From Candidatus Bathyarchaeia archaeon (GTDB lineage: Archaea > Thermoproteota > Bathyarchaeia > Bathyarchaeales > Bathycorpusculaceae), in contig JBEKKK010000001.1 in assembly GCA_050010755.1 (NCBI GenBank), forward strand, positions 192,001-256,000: a stretch of DNA of 64,000 nt, given 5' to 3'. The notes below the pieces were generated by a model, which saw nothing but the letters and a program-made list of their open reading frames with translations, searched no databases and was not told where the DNA came from. The translations under genes were made by a program, and so were the position numbers. This document shows, in pieces, positions 47,567-57,752 of this stretch; within the stretch, counting starts at the first letter, position 1; every line of letters starts with the position of its first letter.

Positions 47567-48424
47567 TCAGCCTCTTGCAATTTTCAGGTTAATATCTAAA
47601 GCTCTCGGGCTCTCTGTTATTTCTCCCAAGCTTACAATGTCAACTTTCGTTGAGGCGTAAGCAAGAACGGTCTCGGCGGTGATTCCGCCGCTGGCTTCGA
47701 TCAACACTTTTCCGAGAAAACCAGCTTTCTCCAGAAGTCTCATTGCCACCTGCACTTGTTTTGGAGAAAAATTGTCCAACATGATTATGTCGGCTCCCGC
47801 CTCTGCAGCTTTCACGGCGACAGCGGCGCTGGGCACTTCAACCTCTATTTTCTTGCTGAACGAAGCTCTCTCCTTAGCGGTTCTGACGGCCTCTCGCAGG
47901 CTTCCGGCCATAGCGATGTGATTGTCTTTAATCAACACCATGTCGTCAAGATGAAGCCTATGCGTGTCGCCTCCGCCCAAAAGAACCGCTTTCTTGTCAA
48001 AATAAAGAAGCCCCGGCGCCGATTTCCGTGTACACGCAATTCTCGTTTTAAGCCCTGCCTTCAGGATCATCTTCACCAGCTTCCTCGTTGCAGTTGCTAT
48101 GCCGCTCATACGCGAGAGAAGGTTGAGCAGCGTCCGTTCCACCGAAAGGATTGTCCTCGCGTCACCAGATATCCTCATTACGACCTGATTAGCCTCCACT
48201 TCGTCCCCGTCCCCGAATAAAGCTTGAGTCTCGAGTCCCAAACTCTCAAGAAGAACCGTGGATTCCTCGATTCCAGCGGCGACCCCTGACTCTTTAAACC
48301 TCACCTCAGCCTCCCCAGTTGCACCGACCTGAACTATCAGCGCCGTGGTTATGTCTCCTTCTCCTACGTCTTCGGCCAACATGTTCCGAAGCCTATCTTC
48401 CAAGATTTTGTGGGGCAAGAACAT
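47567..48424 (-). CDS. nadC: Nicotinate-nucleotide pyrophosphorylase (quinolinate PRTase)
   Basis: TRK..PG, HR..L.D..LIKDNH, IMLDN, EASGGI. Confidence 0.96.
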   Translation of the reverse strand: MFLPHKILEDRLRNMLAEDVGEGDITTALIVQVGATGEAEVRFKESGVAAGIEESTVLLESLGLETQALFGDGDEVEANQVVMRISGDARTILSVERTLLNLLSRMSGIATATRKLVKMILKAGLKTRIACTRKSAPGLLYFDKKAVLLGGGDTHRLHLDDMVLIKDNHIAMAGSLREAVRTAKERASFSKKIEVEVPSAAVAVKAAEAGADIIMLDNFSPKQVQVAMRLLEKAGFLGKVLIEASGGITAETVLAYASTKVDIVSLGEITESPRALDINLKIARG

Positions 48425-48573
48425 GCCCGTATTTCTTAATCTTCTAGCCTAAAACACTTGTCTTCTTTGGGGCCTGTCAATCATCGTTATTAGGGCGTGC
48501 GCACCAGCTAGTACATTTCGAGATTATCGACCAAGACGGATTCTTCTTCGAGCGGCTGCGATATGTAGCTACC

Positions 48574-49206
48574 TTATAGGAACATAGCATATAGGACTGA
48601 GTCTGCAGTTACGGTCACAGTTGTTGTGTTTCCAAAGATTTCTTGCCCATTGAAGTTCCAAGAATAGAACATGAATGGTGGCGTAGCGTCAATGGCTGTA
48701 AAGGTCATGTTAGTTCCTACTGGCACGGTGTATGTTCCAACATCGGGGCTTATGTCTCCGTATGGGTATGTCACTGGTTTAAAGCAGAACTTTAGCACTG
48801 TCAAAGTAACATTATTGGTTGGTGGCGGTGTCACTGGCGGTGTTGTTGGGGGCTGTGGGGACTCTATTGGATTGAATATTGCGATAAGAACGTGGTCGCT
48901 GTTCATTGTTATTGTTATTGTATTTCCTTCTGTCGTGACATTGTACATACTGTCTAGTATCCATGAGTCAAAATACCATCCTGGAATTGGATGTGCAATC
49001 ACGTCTACAACAGTTCCATTAGGATAAGTATTGATGCCTGGACTTGGGATTGTTGTCCCATAATCAGTTGCCCATCCAGAACAAGGTTCTGTTTTTATTG
49101 TTAGCGTACAGAAAGTTTGCGCTCGCGTGTCATGGACGACGCCCAAGGACAACACGCTGATAACCAGAAGAATCAATAGTGCTGAGGATGCTGCTCTCTT
49201 CAACAT
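48574..49206 (-). CDS. Secreted protein with two InlB-B/bacterial-repeat-like domains
   Basis: Signal peptide; P.PG..TY..G..V...A.P..G..F..W repeats; Pro/Thr linker. Confidence 0.8.
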   Translation of the reverse strand: MLKRAASSALLILLVISVLSLGVVHDTRAQTFCTLTIKTEPCSGWATDYGTTIPSPGINTYPNGTVVDVIAHPIPGWYFDSWILDSMYNVTTEGNTITITMNSDHVLIAIFNPIESPQPPTTPPVTPPPTNNVTLTVLKFCFKPVTYPYGDISPDVGTYTVPVGTNMTFTAIDATPPFMFYSWNFNGQEIFGNTTTVTVTADSVLYAMFL

Positions 49207-50004
49207 TCTCCCTTCTACTGGATATAGAAGTAGAAAATTGGAACTAATTAACACCTATGGAACACTCTTCTATTGCAAATCAGAATTTCCACAAGGATGA
49301 GGTATCAAATGCAAAGCCCGCGCTGTCTCGGTTTCTACTGAGCACGAACGCGCTGGATTTTAGATAACGACGGCGCGCGCGCTAAGAAACGTTCACAAAA
49401 TCAGCTTTCTTTCATGAAGCTTTTTGCCAAGGGGTCACCTTTCTTGGTCAACACGTACCTTCGATACGTGTCTCGGCTGGTGAATCTTAATTCACCCTTG
49501 ACGAGGTTAGCTCTTTCCGGCATGTTCAGATCCATCTCGCTTGGTTGATTTCCGTTGGGATACTCCCTTGAGCCAATATTACTAGATCATATCTCTTTGC
49601 TTTTTTGATGGCAAGCATGAGAGCCTTGAATCTTCGGGGTCCCTCTTCATTTATCTGTTCTTTTTCCCTCTCGAAGTCTTCCTCCACCACCTTTTCAAGA
49701 TATGCTCCCAACAACAATGACATTTTGACCCCCGAATCAGCTATGTCACTGAGGAGATACGAAATTTATGGAAAGCAAGAAGAAGAACTGAGGGCTGTCT
49801 TCACATGCGAAACGAAACCTCCTGTCGCGCGAGTCTTTTGGAGGCGAAAGAAGCGAAGCGCACGCTAGTGAGTTGCAAAGGCCATTGTCAACAACTGTTG
49901 ACCTATTGTTTAGGTTTGGTCAAGAACACAGGAATTATCTGTGCGTCTTTGGTTACAGCCTGTTGTCGTTGGCTGCTATGCATGGCCGACTTGAGAAAGA
50001 TGAC

Positions 50005-50601
50005 ATGGTGACGGTTCAGGCTCGGAGGGTTGAAGCGTTTGGGAAGTTGAGGCTAGGATTTACGCTGTCAATAGTCTCAGTTGTTATGTTCGCGTTAAGC
50101 ACTCTCGGGGCGTTGAGCCTTCTTGGAACGAATTTTCTGTTTGTTCTGGTTCCAGCAACCTATTTTCTGGGCATCTATGAACGAGCAAGCGGTTGGAAAC
50201 TCTTAGGCTTTGGGAAAACAGAAACGGTTATGTGGCTTAGTGCGATTCTCCTGGCTCTTTCTCCGTTGAGTTGGGTCTTTGCTGCAGGTTCGGGTTTGTT
50301 CTACTCGTACATCACAATTGACGCACTCTCTCTGGTCCCTCCAGCACTGTGGGCATTCTACACGATTGTTGAGAGTCACAACGTCGGGGAACTGGAGAAA
50401 AAACTGGGCTTGAACCTTAGACGAGGAAGAATCTTCGCTTTGTGTGGAATCCTGACCCTTATCGTCGCATATGGGGTTGCACTTTTTTCAGGGATTGGTT
50501 CTGCAACCTTCTACCTTCTGCCATTCAATTTGATCGTTTTCGCAGCTCCATTTCTGATCCTTTCCTGCGTCACGTTCATCAGAAAACTCAAACTCAAGTA
50601 G
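50005..50601 (+). CDS. Multi-pass membrane protein
   Basis: About 6 TM helices. Confidence 0.7.
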   Translation: MVTVQARRVEAFGKLRLGFTLSIVSVVMFALSTLGALSLLGTNFLFVLVPATYFLGIYERASGWKLLGFGKTETVMWLSAILLALSPLSWVFAAGSGLFYSYITIDALSLVPPALWAFYTIVESHNVGELEKKLGLNLRRGRIFALCGILTLIVAYGVALFSGIGSATFYLLPFNLIVFAAPFLILSCVTFIRKLKLK

Positions 50602-50609
50602 CACGCGCT

Positions 50610-51242
50610 TTATTTCTGCGCATCCTTCGGAGAAATGACTTCGACAGGACCGTTAGGGCTAGTTTCTTCTGCTATGACACACTGAAACTTGTATACTTTC
50701 GTCCCCTGTCGAAGCCAATAGTCCGAGAGCAAACCAGCTTTGTTACAACATTGACACAAGAATTCCTGTGCATCCCAACCCCACTCAACCGGCACTTGAG
50801 GCAGCAACAGTCCCTTGTACATGCCACTCTCAACGATGAGCCCGTCCTCACCCACCTTGACTTCGGTGCAGTATTCTTTTGGATTCTTTGCTTTTATCAG
50901 ACTTGGAGGAGTGAGAACGCTCACTTCGAAGACCACATGTTCAAGTTCGCCTAGAGACATGGGGGAAAAACGTGGGTCTTGAGTCGCAGCGTTGATTGCC
51001 GAGTCAATTACAGCCCGCGCCAAAGGCAAAGTGGGATACGGGAAGCCAATGCATCCTCTCAGTTCCTTTTCTCCGTTTGATATGCTGTTTATCGTGACGA
51101 AAACGCCGCTTGGCTGCAGGAGCTTTTCAGACACGTCCTTTGGAACATCTATGCATTTTCTTGTTCTTAGGTAGTGCTCGACGGCTTTGCGGGCGAGTTG
51201 GACGAGGAAAGTTCCTTCCTCCGAGTTTAGTTTAGATTGCAA
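50610..51242 (-). CDS. AMMECR1 domain protein (TIGR00296)
   Basis: GVFVT, LRGCIG, DPRF, GLLLPQV. Confidence 0.95.
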   Translation of the reverse strand: MQSKLNSEEGTFLVQLARKAVEHYLRTRKCIDVPKDVSEKLLQPSGVFVTINSISNGEKELRGCIGFPYPTLPLARAVIDSAINAATQDPRFSPMSLGELEHVVFEVSVLTPPSLIKAKNPKEYCTEVKVGEDGLIVESGMYKGLLLPQVPVEWGWDAQEFLCQCCNKAGLLSDYWLRQGTKVYKFQCVIAEETSPNGPVEVISPKDAQK

Positions 51243-51311
51243 TCCCGTTTCCCCCGTTGATGGCTTATGCTGATGCGCACGTTTAAGTGTTTAAGGGTTT
51301 GAGAATTGGAG

Positions 51312-51932
51312 CTAAAACTTTGTTGATTCTTCTTGTATCCCGTCTCTGGTTATTATCAGAAAATCTGTTCCGTCGCCGCTCATGATGTCCCTGCTTATGG
51401 CGCTTTTCATGGCTTTGACCACGAGCTCTTTTGCCTCTTGGGCACTCATGTTGTCTTTGTATCCTTCTTCTATAACTCCCATAGCGAGCTCCGTTCCAGA
51501 GCCCACAACAGTATACTTGTCAGGCAGCACTGACCCTAGCGGATCAAGCGAATAGAGTGATGGGCCTTCATCGTCTATTCCGCCCACTATCGTCTGAGTG
51601 ATTAGCGGCCCCAGGCGACGGTTGAAGAGCAGGTTTGACATCAGCTTCGCCGTTGATCTCACGGTGATAGGTCTTCCAGCGTCGAGAACAAACAGGTTCA
51701 CGTAGGCTTCCACCTCCCTAACCAGAACCTGCATGTCTGAAACCAATCCAGCGCAGGCTGCACCGATCAGGTCAGTTATCTTGAAAACTTTCTTGCCGGT
51801 CTTGCTGACGATGAGGTAACCGTACGAGACACGTTTCTCGGATGCCAGGATGACGCCATCTTTGAACGTTACTCCAATGGTCGTTGCTCCTGGAATGAAC
51901 ATGTAACCGTCCTGTTGCGATTGTTTCTCCAC
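51312..51932 (-). CDS. psmB: Proteasome beta subunit
   Basis: GATTIG....DGVILASEKR, AGLVSD, GSG, RD..SGD. Confidence 0.95.
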   Translation of the reverse strand: MEKQSQQDGYMFIPGATTIGVTFKDGVILASEKRVSYGYLIVSKTGKKVFKITDLIGAACAGLVSDMQVLVREVEAYVNLFVLDAGRPITVRSTAKLMSNLLFNRRLGPLITQTIVGGIDDEGPSLYSLDPLGSVLPDKYTVVGSGTELAMGVIEEGYKDNMSAQEAKELVVKAMKSAISRDIMSGDGTDFLIITRDGIQEESTKF

Positions 51933-52012
51933 GTCGGACACCTTTCTCGCTTTTATACACGGACAACCTATTAAACTTGATGTCCCAGGATATCTGGGTG
52001 GAGTGGAATCGA

Positions 52013-52609
52013 ATGGTGGGTGTTTATGCGCGAAAAGTTGGAGACGCGTGGTTCGGTGTCGCGTTCGAGGGTAAGCGGATCTATGCCACAGGATTTGGCT
52101 CAAACAAAGAAGGTGTTCTTCAAAGCCTGCGGGCGAGTGTTCCATCGAATGTTCCATTTCAGTTTTCGAACGAACCCTCAGCGTTTGTCGACCGCATCAT
52201 TGCCGTTTTGAAGGACGTCTACGATGGAAAGGACGTTTCACAGAATTTTGTATTCGAAACGAAGCATTTATCTAACTACGCCAAAGACGTAATCGAAACC
52301 GCCTGTCTTATCCCTCCGGGCTACGTTGCTTCTTATGGGGGAGTAGCTGATGCAGCAGGTGGAAGCCCCAGGGCCATTGGACGCGTAATGGCAACAAACC
52401 CTTTTGCGCCACTCTGTCCGTGTCACAGAGTTGTCGCCTCGGATTTCAGCCTATGCGGCTACGGCGGAGGCTTAGATGTGAAACTGGCCTTCTTAAAGCG
52501 GGAAAAAAGAGGCCATCTTTCAAAGAAATTAGTGGACGCAAGGAGCGGAAAGCTCGAATTGTTTCCCGTCGAGCTTGTGTTGGATAGGGCAGAGAAGAGT
52601 AAATGCTGA
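52013..52609 (+). CDS. ogt: Methylated-DNA-protein-cysteine methyltransferase
   Basis: IP.G.V.SYG, RA.G, NP....PCHRVV. Confidence 0.92.
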   Translation: MVGVYARKVGDAWFGVAFEGKRIYATGFGSNKEGVLQSLRASVPSNVPFQFSNEPSAFVDRIIAVLKDVYDGKDVSQNFVFETKHLSNYAKDVIETACLIPPGYVASYGGVADAAGGSPRAIGRVMATNPFAPLCPCHRVVASDFSLCGYGGGLDVKLAFLKREKRGHLSKKLVDARSGKLELFPVELVLDRAEKSKC

Positions 52610-52642
52610 TTGGTCTTGAACTCGTAACGCAGATGGCGGCCT

Positions 52643-53170
52643 TTGATGGCTAAACGCGGATTGTACGTTGGAAGGTTTCAGCCGTTTCATTTAGGTCACC
52701 TGAGCGCGGTGAAGAGCGTTCTGAAGGACGTGGAAGAACTCGTCATAGTCATCGGCAGCGCACAGTACAGTCACACCACGGCCAATCCATTCACTGCAGG
52801 CGAAAGGTTAATCATGATCCGAAAGGCGCTGGACGAGGCGGGTTTAGATTACAGTCGAATCTGGATCGTACCTGTGCCCGACGTGCACCTACACATGCTC
52901 TGGGTTGCCGCATTAGAAGGATACACTCCCAAGTTTGAAATCGTGTACACCAATGAACCTCTAACGCGAAGGCTTTTTACGGAGGCCGGATACAAAGTTA
53001 AGCAAATTCGCTTCTTCGAAAGAAAAGTCTATTCTTCGACAGACATCAGGGCAAAGATGATTAAAAACGAAGAGTGGAAGAAGCTCGTTCCCAAGAGCGT
53101 CGCGGCCTTCATAACAGAGATAGACGGAGTGAACAGACTCACCGACCTGACAAAGAGCGATAAAGTTTAA
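52643..53170 (+). CDS. nadM: Nicotinamide-nucleotide adenylyltransferase
   Basis: GRFQPFH.GH, GSAQ.SH...NPFTAGER. Confidence 0.95.
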   Translation: MMAKRGLYVGRFQPFHLGHLSAVKSVLKDVEELVIVIGSAQYSHTTANPFTAGERLIMIRKALDEAGLDYSRIWIVPVPDVHLHMLWVAALEGYTPKFEIVYTNEPLTRRLFTEAGYKVKQIRFFERKVYSSTDIRAKMIKNEEWKKLVPKSVAAFITEIDGVNRLTDLTKSDKV

Positions 53171-53321
53171 CCCAACTAGCCAAACCGCCACTACGGTCAC
53201 GCGCGCGATCGATCGGATGGACAAGGGCTCCAACGGAATACCTCTGAGATGAGAGCAATGCATTATACGTGAAAAAGCGGGCGTGTGTGGCAGGAGAACA
53301 CTAAATGTTGGTTTCCATCCC

Positions 53322-54227
53322 TTAAGTCACGAGTGGTTTCGGTTCTTTACCGACCTCAATCACCCTGCCGCTGTAATTTAGTACAAACTGTTCTGGGAAC
53401 GCCTTCCACAATTCTGCTTCTGATTTGAAACCGGTGCAATGGCATGGTGAAATGAGCTTCAACCCAGTTAATCCAAGGATAGTCTTCTCTACGTAGTTGT
53501 CGGTTCTCTCCACCAAATGTGTTCCTCCTGCGAATCCATAGATGGTATCGACTCCGGCCAGTCTTTTCACGTGGTTCAGAGTGTTTATCAAGCCTGAGTG
53601 ACAGCATCCTGTAACAACAAAGCATCCTATGCCCTCCACGACTGTGAACAGCGACTGATCATCCAGTATGTGGTCTGCCACTTCCCTGCCGTCTACGTTG
53701 ACTACTAACCGTTCATCCTTGCCAAGAGGTACAGGGTCTTCAAACGAATTCCGCGGTATTTCTCCGGTCGTCCACAAGCCCGGAACAACTTCAACCGGTT
53801 CTCTGCTAAGCACTATCTTACCGCCGGCTGCCTCGACCTTTTCGAGATTCTGTTTCTTGGGGACGCCGATCTCCATCCGTTTGCCATGAGCATCAATGAA
53901 TACATGCGGCAGAAACGCATACGGATGAGCATACACTCTTGTTTCTTTAGCGGATCTCACTGATTCAACGATCGCCCCCGTGTGATCGTGATGGCTATGA
54001 CTCAGCACGAGACAATCCAGGCCAGTTAAGTCCACCTTCAAAACTCGAATGTTGAACAACAATGCCTCGGGAGCCAGCCCTGTGTCAAAAAGGATGCTTC
54101 TGCTTTTTCCATTTGCATCAGCAAGGTTCAAGAGGCAACTGAATCCCCACTCACCGAGACACCCAGGCCCTGCGAGATTATCCGCTAGAGTGGTAATCTT
54201 CAAACTTTTCACAGAATTGACTTTCAT
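53322..54227 (-). CDS. MBL-fold metallohydrolase (MJ0301/dihydropteroate-synthase-like family)
   Basis: E.GFS, FDTG, SH.H.DH.G, GC.H.G, GG.H, P.HCTG. Confidence 0.88.
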   Translation of the reverse strand: MKVNSVKSLKITTLADNLAGPGCLGEWGFSCLLNLADANGKSRSILFDTGLAPEALLFNIRVLKVDLTGLDCLVLSHSHHDHTGAIVESVRSAKETRVYAHPYAFLPHVFIDAHGKRMEIGVPKKQNLEKVEAAGGKIVLSREPVEVVPGLWTTGEIPRNSFEDPVPLGKDERLVVNVDGREVADHILDDQSLFTVVEGIGCFVVTGCCHSGLINTLNHVKRLAGVDTIYGFAGGTHLVERTDNYVEKTILGLTGLKLISPCHCTGFKSEAELWKAFPEQFVLNYSGRVIEVGKEPKPLVT

Positions 54228-54397
54228 AAGTAACCATAGCTTACAAACCCGTTATAAGAGTTTGACAAACACAACGTTGCTGGCAATTGCACCGCCGCAC
54301 GCTACGTATAGTCTGATCGCGCTTTTGAAGATAGTCACAAAAGACCTTCAAAGAAGACTGTGGACGAGTCATATCTACTGACGCTTGCCTTCTCGGC

Positions 54398-55189
54398 CTA
54401 GCTAATCACAACTTTGTCATCGATCTGAGTTTTGAAAGTCTTCGCGGCGTTGCCTTGATTTACAGAGATTTCGAGGAAATTGTGGCTCCCGATGATTGCC
54501 AATGGTCGCCCCTTTCCGACATCACCATAGGCGATGCAAAACGTCGACCTTAGCTTGGTGCCGCCAACCTTGACATTCAGTTTGTCCTTGATTTTCGTTG
54601 TCTTGAGTTCTTTTTCTGTGAAATTTGTGATTATATTTCCGAAATCATCTATGTAAATGACCTGACCTTCCAACCCGTTTTTTCTCTTAGCAATCTTCGC
54701 AAACTTCGGCAATACCATTTGTTGAATCTCCGGACCAAATTCAGCCGGACATGCGCCCTTCGCTAAATAAGCAGCTGCTGGCGCGAATATGTCTCTTCCA
54801 TGAAAGGTGCTGGAGACCCTTGACAACATTAATGCGCTATTGGTTATGCCGTAGATACGAATCTTTTCGCCAATGTTTTTCACGGCTAGGCCTAACACAC
54901 CGTTATCGGGCCCGACAAAGAAGCATTTGTTCGTCTGCACGATTATGGGTCGTCTTTTTGTTCCGACGCCAGGATCCACGATTGCTACGTGAACCGTGCC
55001 GTTTGGGAATTGAGGAGCTGCACAGGCCAATACATATGCGCCCATTCTGACATTAAACTTCTCGATTTGGTGAGTTATGTCAACAACCGTTGCGTTTGGG
55101 ATTATGCTCAGAATCACTGCTTTCATTTCTGCTGCATAGGAGTCTCTCAATCCAAAATCCGTAGTCAGAGTGACTAATGGATAATCCAT
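54398..55189 (-). CDS. SAM hydroxide adenosyltransferase (DUF62)
   Basis: TDFG..D, DPGVG, GPDNG, STFHGRD.F, D.FGN. Confidence 0.93.
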   Translation of the reverse strand: MDYPLVTLTTDFGLRDSYAAEMKAVILSIIPNATVVDITHQIEKFNVRMGAYVLACAAPQFPNGTVHVAIVDPGVGTKRRPIIVQTNKCFFVGPDNGVLGLAVKNIGEKIRIYGITNSALMLSRVSSTFHGRDIFAPAAAYLAKGACPAEFGPEIQQMVLPKFAKIAKRKNGLEGQVIYIDDFGNIITNFTEKELKTTKIKDKLNVKVGGTKLRSTFCIAYGDVGKGRPLAIIGSHNFLEISVNQGNAAKTFKTQIDDKVVIS

Positions 55190-55278
55190 GCTACTCTTTT
55201 TGTAAACAGGGCATTAATTAGATTTGCAGGAATAGGGAGCCGCCTGTTTCTGGATGCTGTTTCTCAATCAGGAGTTCG

Positions 55279-55695
55279 CTACGACACTTCGTGTGAGAAG
55301 ACTTTGACCGTTTCATAAACCGATGTTGCTGCCGCGACGCTAATAACCACTAATGAGAATATGTAATCCCTTGTCAATATGGGCGGTCTGAGAAAAACTG
55401 CGAGCATAATGAGGGAGGTTATTAGGAATATCATGTAGAAGAAATTCCTCGGTATCAGTATTCTCCTGAAACGAATCAGGTTTTCGAGGATTACTCTATC
55501 AGCAATGTATCCGTTCGCTTCTTTCTTGATGAGTCCAGCTTCTTCAAGCTTGTTCATGTGGTAAAGCGCAAGCGTAGGACTGCTCAGGTTCAGTGCTCTC
55601 TGAACCTCACGAATTCCAACTGGTCTTTCGCTCCTAAGAACGAACTTGTAAACTTTTAATGTGAGTCCTCTGAGAACTTCTTTCTGTTCACCCAC
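55279..55695 (-). CDS. HTH protein with two C-terminal TM helices
   Basis: GIREVQRAL.LSSP.LA.YH..KL. Confidence 0.85.
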   Translation of the reverse strand: MGEQKEVLRGLTLKVYKFVLRSERPVGIREVQRALNLSSPTLALYHMNKLEEAGLIKKEANGYIADRVILENLIRFRRILIPRNFFYMIFLITSLIMLAVFLRPPILTRDYIFSLVVISVAAATSVYETVKVFSHEVS

Positions 55696-55824
55696 GACTT
55701 TCCAGTCTCCGTATAAAAAGAGCTGCTTCTTTTTATTTGGCTATTGCTGTTCAAATCCCTTGTACACCTGTGCAAAAACGTAGAGTTAAATCATTCACTG
55801 ATTACTCAATATTTGGTGGCGTGA

Positions 55825-56652
55825 GTGGACGTAAAGAAAGAACTATTACTGACGTCACTACTTGCCATAACTCTTGCCGTAGGTCTCGGAGCGTTGAGTT
55901 TCGGCCTTTTTTCTGAGACCACTCCTAACGTTCAAATCGACGTTTCTGCCACGAAGAACGGGGTTGCCGGCCTCTCCTTTCTCCCTGAAGACCAAGTCTT
56001 TATCGAGGCGCACGTATCGAGCAATAACGCCTCGGTAGTTGGCACCCCAGTTAATTTCGAGGTTAAATCGCCGAACGGCACTGACTTTCCCGTGCAACAA
56101 ACCCAACCAGTCCGTACTAATAGCCTTGGAATAGCGAACATCACCTTCCAGATACCCTGGCCTTCAGACTGGGCTTCAGTCCTCTCCCCAGAAAGCATGT
56201 GGGTACTAGGCACGTGGCAAACAAAGGCGACAGCTAAAGCCTATGGACAAACACTCGACGCCACGACAAACTTCACCTGCGAAACCCTGACGCCCACGAT
56301 AGATCTATACACTGAGAAAGGCGGGCGCGGACCAAACGCGCCAAGCGGAAACTTCACAACCGACGAAACAGTGACAGCCTATGTCGAAGCCCGAGATGAG
56401 TTGAATCAAACCGTCCCCAGCCTACCTGTAGGTTTTGAGAGTCTAAAATATCAAGCAGTTGATAACATTCCCACAATTAGTTCCAACGCGACGGACGCCC
56501 TCGGAATTGCATCCTTCAACGTGCGCTACCCGGGCAACCTGAATGCCCCAACCGCATATGAAGACATCGCGACTGCTCCTTATTCGTCCGCCCTTAACAT
56601 GAACATGACACTGACGGACAGCATGATAATCATCGTGCAACCCAGCGGCTGA
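55825..56652 (+). CDS. Secreted Ig-like surface protein
   Basis: N-terminal TM; T...GIA...F repeats. Confidence 0.75.
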   Translation: MDVKKELLLTSLLAITLAVGLGALSFGLFSETTPNVQIDVSATKNGVAGLSFLPEDQVFIEAHVSSNNASVVGTPVNFEVKSPNGTDFPVQQTQPVRTNSLGIANITFQIPWPSDWASVLSPESMWVLGTWQTKATAKAYGQTLDATTNFTCETLTPTIDLYTEKGGRGPNAPSGNFTTDETVTAYVEARDELNQTVPSLPVGFESLKYQAVDNIPTISSNATDALGIASFNVRYPGNLNAPTAYEDIATAPYSSALNMNMTLTDSMIIIVQPSG

Positions 56653-56685
56653 GTTAATAGAGCAAGACCACTCTATGTTAAGATT

Positions 56686-57444
56686 TCAGACTTTGAACGT
56701 ATTCATGAAGATGCAATCTTTTAGGGGCATCATCATTTCTTCTGAAACATGAACGTCATCGTCGAAATCCACTGGAGCATCTTTGATGAGAACAACAGGA
56801 GTCTTCTCTGCAGCTTCGCCCATCAACAAATGAGCCGCTGAAGCCAAATCATCCGCCACAGCATGCCTTGTAATGAGTATAGTCCTTCCGTACAAGTCTT
56901 TTCTGCCTCTCCACTCCCTTATCGGGTTGAAGCCCGCAACCCCTAAAGCCAATCCTACCGTGCCTATCCGAAGCGGAACCAAACCACTATCAACGACAAT
57001 CACAGCGACCCGCTTCCCGGTTCTGCGGTTGATTCCGCCTCTGAAAGCCGTCAACCATTCAGCAAGGTTCTCAGGCCACAAGACGGCTGAACCGATAGGG
57101 GCGTTCTTGTTGTCTATTCCTGCATTCGGTGTGATAACACTGTCTTTTAGAGTTAGGACGGCCTTTTCGACACCGCCGTAAACCTTTCCGGCTTCACGAA
57201 GAATAAGCTCTGCAAATTCTGGCTCCAGCGAGTATTTCTTTGCCATTTGCCTAGCCTTTTTCGAGGGCCTCACATCGCTCAGTTTGACGACACGACCTTG
57301 AGAATAGGCCACTATTTTCGACGCCAATGCTAAGACGTCATCATTCTCAACTTCAAGGTGTTGTTTTTCCAAAGCTTCATGAACTAGTTCAGCCAAATCA
57401 TCGCCAGGTCTTACAATGCGCGTTCTGACGGGGAACAGGCGCAT
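56686..57444 (-). CDS. cofE: Coenzyme F420:L-glutamate ligase family
   Basis: SK.V....G, NAGID..N, G..G.A.G..G, AD..A.AA...MGE. Confidence 0.9.
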   Translation of the reverse strand: MRLFPVRTRIVRPGDDLAELVHEALEKQHLEVENDDVLALASKIVAYSQGRVVKLSDVRPSKKARQMAKKYSLEPEFAELILREAGKVYGGVEKAVLTLKDSVITPNAGIDNKNAPIGSAVLWPENLAEWLTAFRGGINRRTGKRVAVIVVDSGLVPLRIGTVGLALGVAGFNPIREWRGRKDLYGRTILITRHAVADDLASAAHLLMGEAAEKTPVVLIKDAPVDFDDDVHVSEEMMMPLKDCIFMNTFKV

Positions 57445-57450
57445 GCACTC

Positions 57451-57735
57451 TCATCCTCCGTGCACGATTGGAACAAAAACCATTTCGTCTCCATCTTTGA
57501 TTGCCGTTTCGAAATGGTCCAATACGCTCATCTCTCGTCCGTTCACGAGTATAAGCAGGTTTGTTTTCGGGTTTCCAGATTCTGGATCGATCAAAGCTAG
57601 CTGAAGTTTGGGCAGTTCTTCGGTGATCATCTTGATGACGTTTCTCATCCGACATGGTCTTTCAAGTCTGAGTTCAAGCGTGTCTTTGCCAGAGAGACTG
57701 CGGAAAGAACCAATGAACTTAACGCTTACAGCCAT
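57451..57735 (-). CDS. MoaD/ThiS/SAMP ubiquitin-like protein
   Basis: ILVNG, DGD....P.V.GG C-terminus. Confidence 0.9.
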   Translation of the reverse strand: MAVSVKFIGSFRSLSGKDTLELRLERPCRMRNVIKMITEELPKLQLALIDPESGNPKTNLLILVNGREMSVLDHFETAIKDGDEMVFVPIVHGG

Positions 57736-57752
57736 TCTTTGTCCCTTCCCAA

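Noticed and set aside
49526-49723. 65-aa minus-strand ORF
   Set aside because: No recognisable motif; cannot distinguish a remnant from a chance ORF.
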